A DNA stretch of 64,000 bases, from contig JBNGBT010000001.1 in assembly GCA_049903315.1 (NCBI GenBank), forward strand, positions 192,001 through 256,000. The letters are read 5' to 3'. Below the pieces are notes generated by a model, which did no database searches, was not told the DNA's origin, and saw nothing but the letters and a program-made list of their open reading frames with translations. Below are positions 47,479-56,669 of the stretch, piece after piece. Position 1 is the stretch's first letter; each line of letters starts with the position of its first letter. Position numbers and translations under genes: made by a program. The stretch comes from Candidatus Cloacimonadota bacterium. Lineage in GTDB: Bacteria; Cloacimonadota; Cloacimonadia; JGIOTU-2.

Positions 47479-47693
47479 TAACCACCAGTCTTCTCCGCCC
47501 AGAATTGTGCCATATGACGCATATTTGGCTAGGGGACACCCCCGGGCAGGCGAAATGATACACGGCTTCGCACACTACGCCGCTGCAAGCGAAAGGACGC
47601 GAAAATAAAAATAATTTATATTGAGTACTCGAAATTGTTCTCAAATCTCAAATTTTCAATCAAGAGTATTTTTTTCTCTGTGTTCTCTGTGGT
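47479..47693. repeat. Composite GC-rich structured intergenic element (nested REP-like hairpins and 9-mer repeats)
   Basis: Imperfect hairpin 47488-47537; cggc...gccg hairpin; gcgaaaggacgcgaaa; ctctgtgttctctgtggt (47676-47693) is the reverse complement of the 7291 repeat. Confidence 0.5.
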
Positions 47694-47784
47694 GTTAAGG
47701 GCTACTACTTAACCTTACAAATCAAATCCAATACTACTCGCTGAAAATCTTGACAGCATAACCTTAAAACGGTGCAAGAGTCAA

Positions 47785-49482
47785 ATGAAAAACAATGAAA
47801 TAACCTTTTCAAATATATCTCCACTTGTAGATAATGGGCAGTATTATTGCAAGGGGGAAACCGACCTTCTATTCAAAGTATCTGTTACTATCTCAGGACT
47901 GAATGAAAACTCGAAAGTCTTTCTGAATTACCGAAGAACAGAAGAAAAGGGCTGGCAGCAGATTTTAATGAATTCGGTCGAGTCAAACCGATTTGAAGCA
48001 GAGATCAAAACTGACCAAACCGGATTGTATGAATATACTTTTAATGTTGAAATTGATGAGCTTAGCATTACTCATGATCGGATTTATCAGGTTTATTTCG
48101 ACAGACCGAGAGCTCGATTCGCAGCTTGGTATGAGATGTGGCCGCGTTCTCAAGGAAAAATTGAAGGCAAAAGTGCGACCTTCGATAATATGATCAATCG
48201 ACTCCCTTATGTACACGATCTCGGATTCGATACGATCTATCTCGCACCGATCTATCCAGTAGGAAGAACAAATAAAAAGGGACCAAACAACTCATTAAAT
48301 GCAGGACCCAATGACCCGGGAAGTTTGTATTCGATAGGCAATGAGCATGGAGGGCATACAGCAGTCAATCCGGACTTCGGCACTATGGGAGATTTCCATC
48401 GCTTTATAAAAGAAGCGGCAAATTTCGGAATTGAACTCGTAATTGATATTGTGTTTACCTGCTCACCAGACCATCCATGGATAAAGCAACATCCCGAATG
48501 GTTTTATCACAATCCAGACGGCTCGATAAAGTATGCAGAAAATCCACCCAAAAAATATGAGGATGTACATCCGCTTAATTTTGAATGTGAGAACTATCAG
48601 GAGTTGTGGAATGAGTTAAGGGACATTTTTTTATTCTGGATAGACCAGGGAATTAGAACCTTCCGTGTGGACAATCCTCATACAAAGCCAGTCAAATTCT
48701 GGGAGTGGGTCATAGAGGAAATCCATGAAAAAGATTCAGGCGCAATCCTGCTTGCAGAAGCATTCACAGAACCCAAAATGATGAAGCTGCTTGCAAAAAC
48801 AGGCTTTACGCAATCATACACCTATTTCACATGGCGGTATAATAAGCACGATTTCACAGAATATCTCACCGAACTTACTATGACTGATATGCAGTATTAT
48901 TTTCGAGGGAACTTCTTCACCAATACTCCGGATATTCTCATGCCCCTTTTACAGGAAGCAGGCAGACCTGCATTTTTACAGAGAATCGTCCTTGCTGCAA
49001 CACTTTCTTCAGTGTACGGTATGTATAACGGGTATGAGCTCTGTGAAAATCGAGCAATCCCCGGCACCGAAGATTATCTGAATTCAGAAAAATATGAATA
49101 CAAAGTCTGGGATTGGGATCGACCCGGCAACATCAAATCATATATAAAAAACATAAATCAAATCCGCAAAGAAAACAAAGCACTTCATTATTACAGAAAT
49201 CTCACATTTTATGAATCCAGCGACGACAATATTCTCTTTTATGGTAAGACATCTTATGATAAAGAAAGCACAGTTCTCGTTGCTGTAAATATGGATGCAT
49301 ATAATGAACATTCCTGTATCCTGAATCTGCCTGTTGAGAAATTTGGAATCGAGGATGACGAAGAATATACTTTCGAAGAATTGCTGTCCGGAAAAACCTT
49401 TACACAAAAAGGCACGGAACTCTCAATTACTTTATCCAATGAAGATCCGGCATGGATTTTCACAATATATAAAAAGTATTAG
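47785..49482 (+). CDS. glgE: Alpha-1,4-glucan:maltose-1-phosphate maltosyltransferase (GH13_3)
   Basis: WYEMWPRS, CSPDHPW, YAENPPKKYED, FRVDNPHTKP, LAEAFT, QSYTYFTWR, NTPDIL, SEKYE. Confidence 0.95.
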   Translation: MKNNEITFSNISPLVDNGQYYCKGETDLLFKVSVTISGLNENSKVFLNYRRTEEKGWQQILMNSVESNRFEAEIKTDQTGLYEYTFNVEIDELSITHDRIYQVYFDRPRARFAAWYEMWPRSQGKIEGKSATFDNMINRLPYVHDLGFDTIYLAPIYPVGRTNKKGPNNSLNAGPNDPGSLYSIGNEHGGHTAVNPDFGTMGDFHRFIKEAANFGIELVIDIVFTCSPDHPWIKQHPEWFYHNPDGSIKYAENPPKKYEDVHPLNFECENYQELWNELRDIFLFWIDQGIRTFRVDNPHTKPVKFWEWVIEEIHEKDSGAILLAEAFTEPKMMKLLAKTGFTQSYTYFTWRYNKHDFTEYLTELTMTDMQYYFRGNFFTNTPDILMPLLQEAGRPAFLQRIVLAATLSSVYGMYNGYELCENRAIPGTEDYLNSEKYEYKVWDWDRPGNIKSYIKNINQIRKENKALHYYRNLTFYESSDDNILFYGKTSYDKESTVLVAVNMDAYNEHSCILNLPVEKFGIEDDEEYTFEELLSGKTFTQKGTELSITLSNEDPAWIFTIYKKY

Positions 49483-49492
49483 AAAGGTTTGT

Positions 49493-50632
49493 ATGAAAGT
49501 TACATTTATTTCAAAAGAATACCCGCCGAATGTCTATGGCGGTGCAGGAGTGCATGTACGCTATCTCGTACAGGAACTTCGCAAAATGATAGATATTGAA
49601 GTGAGAAGTTTTGGTGATCAGGACATCAAAGAGGAAGGCTATCGCGTCAAAGGGTACTCCTCACTTGGTAAATTGGAAGGTGATCCCCGCATCAGTAAAG
49701 CCCTCGACACACTTGGCATCGATCTCTCGATCGTCAATGATGTGATGGACTCCGACATTGTCCATACCCATACATGGTATGCAGCGTTTGCCGGATTTCT
49801 CGCAAAGATCCTATATAATAACAAATTCGTGATTACATCGCACAGTCTCGAACCGCTTCGTCCCTGGAAAGAGGAGCAGCTTGGAGCAGGTTATCGGCTC
49901 AGCAGTTGGGTGGAAAAACTCGGCATCGAAAATGCAGATAGAGTCGTAGCGGTTTCCAACATGATGAAAGCCGATATCCTTAAGTATTTTAATATCGACG
50001 AGAAAAAGATTGCAGTTATTTATAATGGAATTGATACAAGAAAATGGAAACAAACACTCACCGATTACACACTCAAAGAATACGGCATTGATGAGGAATA
50101 TGTGCTTTTTGTGGGCAGAACTACTCAGCAGAAAGGAATGGTCTATCTCATTGAAGCAGCGAAAGATATAAAAGCAAAGGTGGTATTTTGCACAAGCGCA
50201 CCCGATACACAAGAAATCGAGCAGTTACTCACTGAAAAGATGAATGAAACCACGAATACCTTGTGGATAAACAAACTCCTGAAGGAAGAGCAATATATCG
50301 AGTTGTACAGCAATGCATCGGTCTTTGCCTGTCCTTCGATCTACGAACCATTTGGCATAATAAATCTAGAAGCGATGGCGTGCAAGACACCGGTCGTTGC
50401 AAGCAGGGTTGGGGGAATAAAAGAAGTTGTTGTCGAAGGAGAAACAGGGTTCTTCGTCGAACCTAAAAAGCCAAAGCAGCTTGCGGAGAAGATCAATATT
50501 TTGCTTGAAGACAAAGAGTTAGCAAAGAAATTCGGCGATAACGGACGTAAAAGAGTTGAAGAGTTCTTTGACTGGAGGATCATTGCAAAGCAGACAAAAG
50601 AGATGTACGAGAAACTTCTTAAAGAAAAGTAA
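49493..50632 (+). CDS. glgA: GT4 glycosyltransferase, GlgM/GlgA type (maltose-1-phosphate synthase-like)
   Basis: KEYPPNVYGGAGVHV, HTHTWY, HSLEPLRPWKEEQLG, YEPFGIINLEAMAC; true start at ATG 49493, after the glgE stop. Confidence 0.9.
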   Translation: MKVTFISKEYPPNVYGGAGVHVRYLVQELRKMIDIEVRSFGDQDIKEEGYRVKGYSSLGKLEGDPRISKALDTLGIDLSIVNDVMDSDIVHTHTWYAAFAGFLAKILYNNKFVITSHSLEPLRPWKEEQLGAGYRLSSWVEKLGIENADRVVAVSNMMKADILKYFNIDEKKIAVIYNGIDTRKWKQTLTDYTLKEYGIDEEYVLFVGRTTQQKGMVYLIEAAKDIKAKVVFCTSAPDTQEIEQLLTEKMNETTNTLWINKLLKEEQYIELYSNASVFACPSIYEPFGIINLEAMACKTPVVASRVGGIKEVVVEGETGFFVEPKKPKQLAEKINILLEDKELAKKFGDNGRKRVEEFFDWRIIAKQTKEMYEKLLKEK

Positions 50633-50651
50633 CTGAAATCTCCTGCACTTC

Positions 50652-50667
50652 ATGAAATCGATTTAAT
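50652..50667. promoter_or_regulatory. Candidate LacI-family operator
   Basis: atgaaatcgatttaat, a near-palindrome with central CG, abutting TTGACA (50667) upstream of the ABC operon. Confidence 0.4.
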
Positions 50668-50728
50668 TGACAAAACTTTGCGCGAATCTTGTATTTATTT
50701 GATAAAATTAATGGACTTGAGTATATAA

Positions 50729-53017
50729 ATGAAAAGAACAATACTAATTTTTCTTATCTTAGTTATTTCTTTCGCATTCATGGGATGTGAAAAAACTGAG
50801 GAAGGGAAAACAGTTGTTCATCTCTGGCATCAAATGGAGCCGGAGAAGCGACCTCTTCTGCATGAGGTCATCACAGAATTTGAGCAGAATAATCCTGATA
50901 TAGAGATTGTTGTTCTTGCAAAAGGAACTGAGGAACTCCGTACCGGATACCAGGCAGCAGCAGCATTCACAGGCGGAGGTCCGGAGCTGGTTTATGGTCC
51001 GATGGATCAGATTGGTCCTTTTGAGGTAATGAAGGAGAAAAACAGCGACGCGAGCATTATTATGCCAATTGAGGATCTCTATCCCCCGGAATTTTTCGAT
51101 AAATTTGTAGATCAGGGATTGGTAACTTATAAAGGACACATCTATCAGATCGCTGACCGGCTTGGTAACCATCTTGCTCTCGTGTATAATAAAAGATTGT
51201 TTGAAGAAGCCGGCTTGACCGAAGCCCCTCAGACAATCGATGAATTGATTGAGTTCGGAAAAAAACTTACCATTGATAAAAACGGTGACGGCACAGTCGA
51301 TCAATGGGGATTTGTCTGGAATTATACGGAACCTTTCTGGTATATCCCATTCTTTGGAGGGTACGGAGGAAAAGTTTTTGATGAAAATAACAATCCTGAG
51401 CTTGATACTCCTGCTGCCGAGAAGGCATTTCAGTTGATTCTCGATATGCGTAATAAATCAAAGATCATGCCGCCGGAATGTGATTATGACATTGCTGATA
51501 ATATGTTCAACCAAGGCAATGCAGCAATGATCATAAATGGAGACTGGTCGTGGAATAAATATATTGCTTCACCTCATGTCGATTTTGGATTGGCGCGTAT
51601 TCCGTATGTGGAAGAAACACAAATGTGGTGCTCTCCAATGGTTTCTGCAACAGGTTATTCTGTGAACGGTTCGGCAGAAGGTGAGGTTCTGGAAGCAACC
51701 AAACGGGTGCTTGACTACCTTACATCTGAGGAAGTACAGGAGCAGTTTGTAGAAAAATTTAAATCAATTCCAAGTTTGAAATCTCTGCAGGAAAGACCAG
51801 CTATTGCAAATGATCCTATTATGATGATGTCTGCCAAACAGATTGAAGTAGGCCAGCTCATGCCGATCATACCGGAGATGAGAGCTGCGTGGGATGCGAT
51901 GCGTCCTGCACTTCAAAATGTCATAGGTGGCAATATGTCGCCCAAGCAGGCAGCAGAATATCAGCAGGAACTATGCATTCAGAAAATTGCAGCAATGTAT
52001 GAAGGTTCTGAAGAAGGTGTTGAACAAAAAACTGCACTTGCATCGACAATTTTTATGATCCTCGGCATTGCACTTGGGCTGTATTTTACGTATGTGCTCG
52101 TGTTCAAATTTATTCTCGCTTTGATGAGAAAACCGAATTCCTTTGAAACCAAGAATGCCAGGTTTGCTGTGATCATGGCAGTTCCCGCATCGGTAATTCT
52201 ATTCGGCGTAGTAATCTACCCATTTTTCTATAATATAGTACTCTCCTTTTCCAACATGAACATGACGAATGTGAATTCATGGACCATTATCGGATTTGGG
52301 CAATATGTAAAAGTCTTTGCAGAAAAGATATTCTATTCTGTATTTTTTAAAACAGTGATATGGACTGTCGTGAATGTATTCTTCCATGTTACATTAGGTG
52401 TATTTCTTGCAGTATTGCTTAATCGGCATTTACCCGGAAAAGCAATTATACGAGTGCTTCTCGTGCTCCCATGGGCTGTTCCAGAATATATAACTGCTCT
52501 CACATGGCGAGGTATGTTCATGTACGATACCGGCGCGATAAATCTGCTTCTGCATAAACTTGGAATACCTGCAGTTCACTGGCTTTCAGGAGCAACAACA
52601 GCTTTTATTGCGAGCATGGTCACAAATATCTGGCTTGGTGTTCCCTTCATGATGATCATTGCGCTTGGCGGATTGCAATCCATACCAAAAGAACTGTACG
52701 AAGCAGCAGAAATAGACGGTGCTTCTGCATGGAAGAAATTCTGGAGAGTGACCGTGCCGCTTCTCAAACCTGTTATGATACCTGCGATTACATTGGGAAT
52801 TGTGTGGACGTTCAATAAACTGACAGTAATATGGTTAGTCACAAATGGCGGTCAACCCGCAGATAAATCTCATATTCTTGTTTCCTACGTGTACCGGGCA
52901 GCATTTAACCTGTACCGGTACGGATATGCAGCAGCATTTTCCATGATAATCTTCCTGATTTTAGTGGTGTTCAGCGTAACGTTCATGAAGCGGTCGCAAG
53001 TCGCAGATAAGGTATAA
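50729..53017 (+). CDS. Fused maltodextrin ABC substrate-binding protein + permease (MalE-MalF fusion)
   Basis: Lipobox FMGC; SBP_bac_1-like region (LVYNKRLF, AMIINGDW, MPIIPEMRAAW); then TM helices with LPWAVP and the EAA loop LYEAAEIDGAS, all in one ORF. Confidence 0.9.
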   Translation: MKRTILIFLILVISFAFMGCEKTEEGKTVVHLWHQMEPEKRPLLHEVITEFEQNNPDIEIVVLAKGTEELRTGYQAAAAFTGGGPELVYGPMDQIGPFEVMKEKNSDASIIMPIEDLYPPEFFDKFVDQGLVTYKGHIYQIADRLGNHLALVYNKRLFEEAGLTEAPQTIDELIEFGKKLTIDKNGDGTVDQWGFVWNYTEPFWYIPFFGGYGGKVFDENNNPELDTPAAEKAFQLILDMRNKSKIMPPECDYDIADNMFNQGNAAMIINGDWSWNKYIASPHVDFGLARIPYVEETQMWCSPMVSATGYSVNGSAEGEVLEATKRVLDYLTSEEVQEQFVEKFKSIPSLKSLQERPAIANDPIMMMSAKQIEVGQLMPIIPEMRAAWDAMRPALQNVIGGNMSPKQAAEYQQELCIQKIAAMYEGSEEGVEQKTALASTIFMILGIALGLYFTYVLVFKFILALMRKPNSFETKNARFAVIMAVPASVILFGVVIYPFFYNIVLSFSNMNMTNVNSWTIIGFGQYVKVFAEKIFYSVFFKTVIWTVVNVFFHVTLGVFLAVLLNRHLPGKAIIRVLLVLPWAVPEYITALTWRGMFMYDTGAINLLLHKLGIPAVHWLSGATTAFIASMVTNIWLGVPFMMIIALGGLQSIPKELYEAAEIDGASAWKKFWRVTVPLLKPVMIPAITLGIVWTFNKLTVIWLVTNGGQPADKSHILVSYVYRAAFNLYRYGYAAAFSMIIFLILVVFSVTFMKRSQVADKV

Positions 53018-53025
53018 GGTGAAAA

Positions 53026-53862
53026 ATGAATAAAACAAGGCATTGGTATCAGTATGTAATTATTTATTCGATCCTGCTCCTTTTTGTTGCGATCTCAATT
53101 TTCCCGATCCTCCGTGTATTCACGATTTCCCTTCGTCCTGGAGATAACCTTCTCAATACATCTCTACGGATTATTCCCGAAGATGCAAGTTGGGCAAATT
53201 ATGTTCAACTCTTCACAGAAAAACCTTTCCTCACTTGGATACGAAACAGTTTGCTTGTTACTCTGGCAGTGACGGTAATTGGAGTTGCTCTCTCTTCAAC
53301 TGCCGGGTATGCCTTTTCCCGATATAAATTTCCGGGTCGGAGAGCAGGTTTGCTTGCCCTTCTTGTCACGCAGATGTTCCCGGCAACTATGCTTTTACTT
53401 CCTTTATATATTATGATCTCCAAATTGGGACTGGTAAATAGTTTTGTCGGATTGATAATTATGTACAGCGCATCGGCATTGCCTTTCTGTATCTGGCTTA
53501 TGAAAGGATATTACGATACGATCCCTTCAAGTCTGGAAGAATCGGCAACAGTTGATGGTGCAAGCAAATTTTATGCTTTCTGGAAAATTATTATTCCTCT
53601 TGCATCTCCAGCTCTTGTTATTACTGCCCTTTTCTCTTTCATGGCTGCGTGGAACGAATATGTGGTTGCGGCTCAGGTACTCTGGTATGAAGATATGTTC
53701 ACGATTCCTCTTGGACTGAAGAGTCTGCAGGGTAATATGACCACGCAATGGGGGATGTATGCAGCAGGAGCTTTGATAATAAGCATTCCTGTAATTGTTG
53801 TATTTTTAGTCCTCAGCAAATGGCTCGTTTCGGGCTTAACGCTGGGAAGTGTCAAAGGATAA
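53026..53862 (+). CDS. malG: Maltodextrin ABC permease
   Basis: GYAFSRYKFPGR, QMFP, KGYYDTIPSSLEESATVDGAS, GLTLGSVKG. Confidence 0.9.
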   Translation: MNKTRHWYQYVIIYSILLLFVAISIFPILRVFTISLRPGDNLLNTSLRIIPEDASWANYVQLFTEKPFLTWIRNSLLVTLAVTVIGVALSSTAGYAFSRYKFPGRRAGLLALLVTQMFPATMLLLPLYIMISKLGLVNSFVGLIIMYSASALPFCIWLMKGYYDTIPSSLEESATVDGASKFYAFWKIIIPLASPALVITALFSFMAAWNEYVVAAQVLWYEDMFTIPLGLKSLQGNMTTQWGMYAAGALIISIPVIVVFLVLSKWLVSGLTLGSVKG

Positions 53863-53889
53863 ATTTTTGAAAAAATTAAGGAGTTCTCA

Positions 53890-56571
53890 ATGAAAAAATA
53901 TCTTATAATTTTAGTAATGATGCTCGTATTTGCAGGCTCTCTGCATGCAGCGATTGGCTGGAGTGGCGGTATCTGGCCGAATTCCTCTACCGATCAAACA
54001 AATGGTTTTGATATTACAGTATATTATCAAATCTGGAAAGATGGAGTGACAAGTCTCCCTGGAAGAGGGGACAGTCTTTCCGCAACGATCTTCTATAAAA
54101 CGCAATCACAACCTTCCTTCTCATCAGAAGCGATGACGTTCAATGTCGATGTTGGGAATAATGATGAATATTTTGGCATCATACCCAACGCTATTTTCAG
54201 TGCAGGAGACACAGTATTTTTCTATTGTGAAGGGTATGATTCCACAGACGCAACCTATTCTTATGGAAATGATCAAAATGGAGTGGGTCCATTTACAGAT
54301 ACTACTCCCGGAAGTTATAATATCGTTGCCGGATTAAATCAGGATGTAACAGTTACATTTCAGGTAGATATGACGATTGTTGATCCTGTGTATACCGTAT
54401 CCGTTGCCGGTTCTTTCAATGGCTGGACAGCAGGTGTCGATACGTTAAATGATGTCGGAAATAACATCTATTCTGGTGATGTGCTTTTCACTGCCGGAAC
54501 CAATCCATACCAGGAATACAAATTCGTGAATGGCTCGATCTGGGAAGATTATATATCAAACCGTATACTAAATATTGATGACTCTTCTCCAACAATGATC
54601 CTGCCGCCAGTGTATTTTAATGACATCCCACCTGATGAGATTTTTGTGACATTCCAGGTTGATATGACATTGCAGATATGGAATGACTGGTTTGTACCCG
54701 GTGTGGATACCGCAGCAGTAAGCGGTTCCATGAACGGATGGAATAAGTGGGAGCTGACTGATATAGACGGAGATGATATCTATACTGGTGAATATTCATT
54801 TTATGGATGTGTCAGCGATGTGATCGAATATAAATTCAGAATTAATGATAATTTTGAATTGTTTGATCTGCCGAATAGAAGTTTTACGATTGATGATACC
54901 GTAACCACAATACCTGTCGTATTCTATGATGATTTCAATCCTAATACTCCGACTAATCTTACCGCAGTTGTAGATGAATGGGACGTTGATCTTGCATGGG
55001 ATGCACCAGCAACCCGTGATGTTGATTATTATAATCTCTATCGTGATGATTCTGTTATTGCTCTTGTGTATCATCCAACCACGATTTTCACAGATACATC
55101 AGTGCCTTTTGGAAATCATGTATACTATGTTACTGCAGTGTATCCTGAAGGGCAATCACTTCCATCCAACACACAAACTGTTTTTGTCGGAACGAACACA
55201 CCTCCGGTCGCAGTTGCAGGTGATGATAAGACTGTGATCGAAGACCATGCAGTATATTTGGACGGCTCCGGCTCTTATGATCCTGATGGACTTCCAATAA
55301 CGTATCACTGGAGTGCTCCTGCAGATATTGTGCTTTCTGATTCCACTGCGGTCGATCCTTCTTTTGTAGCCCCAATGGTAGATGAGGATACTATTTTCAC
55401 ACTTTCTCTTATTGTGTTTGATGGAGAGCTTTACTCGGATCCCGATTATGTCGATATTACCGTTCTGAACAGTGTGCCTCCTACTGCTGATTTTTCTGCA
55501 TTTCCTTTAACGGGTTCCATTCCTCTTGAGGTAACTTTTACAGATGAATCCTATTCTAATATTACAGACTGGAATTGGAATTTTGGTGATGGTGAAACGA
55601 GCGAAGAGCAGAATCCGGTTCACACCTATACTTCAGCCGGAACATTCTCTGTAATTCTCACTGTTACCAATTTCTTTGGATCAGATACTATCACAAAATG
55701 GAATTACATTCATGTTACTTCAGTTCCTCTTGATCCTCCTACAAATCTTACTTACACGGTCAATGTCGATGATGTCACCCTTGACTGGGATGCACCAACA
55801 TCAGATGAACGGGATTTAACTTTTTATAAGTTGTACCGCGATGATGTCGTGATTGTTGTGATTTATCCTCCTACAACAATGTACACTGACACGAATCTAC
55901 CATTAGGCGAATATGCATACTTCGTGACTGCGATGTATCCAGAAGGCGAATCTGCACCCACCAATCCAGTGACAGTTTCTATTATAAATAATCCTCCTGT
56001 AGCAAATGCTGGTCCCGATCAAACAGTTGATGAAGGTGATTTTGTTCAGCTTGACGGCTCCGGATCATATGATCCTGAAGGGCTAACCTTGACCTATAGC
56101 TGGACTGCTCCTGCTCAGATAACCCTTGATGATCCTGCAATTGTCGATCCTAGTTTTACCGCACCTCTTGTGACGCAGGATGAGGTATTCCCAATTGAGC
56201 TCCTGGTGTTTGACGGCAATTCATGGTCTGAGCCTGACACAGTATTTATCACTGTTCGTGAGCTTATGGATGCAGGTGATCAACCTCAAAATTTCGAGAC
56301 AGCACTTCATGCAAATCATCCCAATCCCTTTACTACTTCCACATTAATTTCTTTCTCTCTAAAGGAAAATGCTCACGTAGAAATTGAAATATATAATATA
56401 AAAGGAGCGCATGTTGCATCACTGATTCGTGAAACATTGGAGACTGGAAATTATGAAATTGAATGGGATGGTACTGACCAGTTTGGGCATAATGTGTCAC
56501 CCGGAATTTATTTCTGTAGGATTTCTGCTGGTCAATACGTTTCCACGAATAAGATGATATTAATGAAATAA
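53890..56571 (+). CDS. Secreted multidomain putative starch-binding protein (GNNDEY domain, CBM-like repeats, FN3, PKD, FlgD-Ig/T9SS-like CTD)
   Basis: Signal peptide; VTFQVDM...VAGSFNGW repeats; PKD WNFGDG; PVANAG repeats; NHPNPF...WDG...GIYF C-terminal domain; no GH13 catalytic motifs seen. Confidence 0.75.
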   Translation: MKKYLIILVMMLVFAGSLHAAIGWSGGIWPNSSTDQTNGFDITVYYQIWKDGVTSLPGRGDSLSATIFYKTQSQPSFSSEAMTFNVDVGNNDEYFGIIPNAIFSAGDTVFFYCEGYDSTDATYSYGNDQNGVGPFTDTTPGSYNIVAGLNQDVTVTFQVDMTIVDPVYTVSVAGSFNGWTAGVDTLNDVGNNIYSGDVLFTAGTNPYQEYKFVNGSIWEDYISNRILNIDDSSPTMILPPVYFNDIPPDEIFVTFQVDMTLQIWNDWFVPGVDTAAVSGSMNGWNKWELTDIDGDDIYTGEYSFYGCVSDVIEYKFRINDNFELFDLPNRSFTIDDTVTTIPVVFYDDFNPNTPTNLTAVVDEWDVDLAWDAPATRDVDYYNLYRDDSVIALVYHPTTIFTDTSVPFGNHVYYVTAVYPEGQSLPSNTQTVFVGTNTPPVAVAGDDKTVIEDHAVYLDGSGSYDPDGLPITYHWSAPADIVLSDSTAVDPSFVAPMVDEDTIFTLSLIVFDGELYSDPDYVDITVLNSVPPTADFSAFPLTGSIPLEVTFTDESYSNITDWNWNFGDGETSEEQNPVHTYTSAGTFSVILTVTNFFGSDTITKWNYIHVTSVPLDPPTNLTYTVNVDDVTLDWDAPTSDERDLTFYKLYRDDVVIVVIYPPTTMYTDTNLPLGEYAYFVTAMYPEGESAPTNPVTVSIINNPPVANAGPDQTVDEGDFVQLDGSGSYDPEGLTLTYSWTAPAQITLDDPAIVDPSFTAPLVTQDEVFPIELLVFDGNSWSEPDTVFITVRELMDAGDQPQNFETALHANHPNPFTTSTLISFSLKENAHVEIEIYNIKGAHVASLIRETLETGNYEIEWDGTDQFGHNVSPGIYFCRISAGQYVSTNKMILMK

Positions 56572-56609
56572 AAGACGGCGCTCATTTCATTGCGGAGTGG
56601 GCGTCTTTT
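56571..56609 (+). terminator. Rho-independent terminator
   Basis: Stem gcgctcatttc / ggagtgggcgt followed by ctttt. Confidence 0.55.
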
Positions 56610-56669
56610 AAAACTTGACATAAAATGAAAATAATTATGCTAAAATTAAAGACTTACTTGGAGGAACAC

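Noticed and set aside
49334..49492. N-terminal extension of glgA in the ORF track
   Set aside because: Overlaps glgE; homology and the RBS point to ATG 49493.
4704..56620. TTGACA hexamers upstream of several operons (4704, 47750, 50667, 56615) as complete sigma-70 promoters
   Set aside because: No matching -10 box at 16-18 nt spacing, so they were not called.
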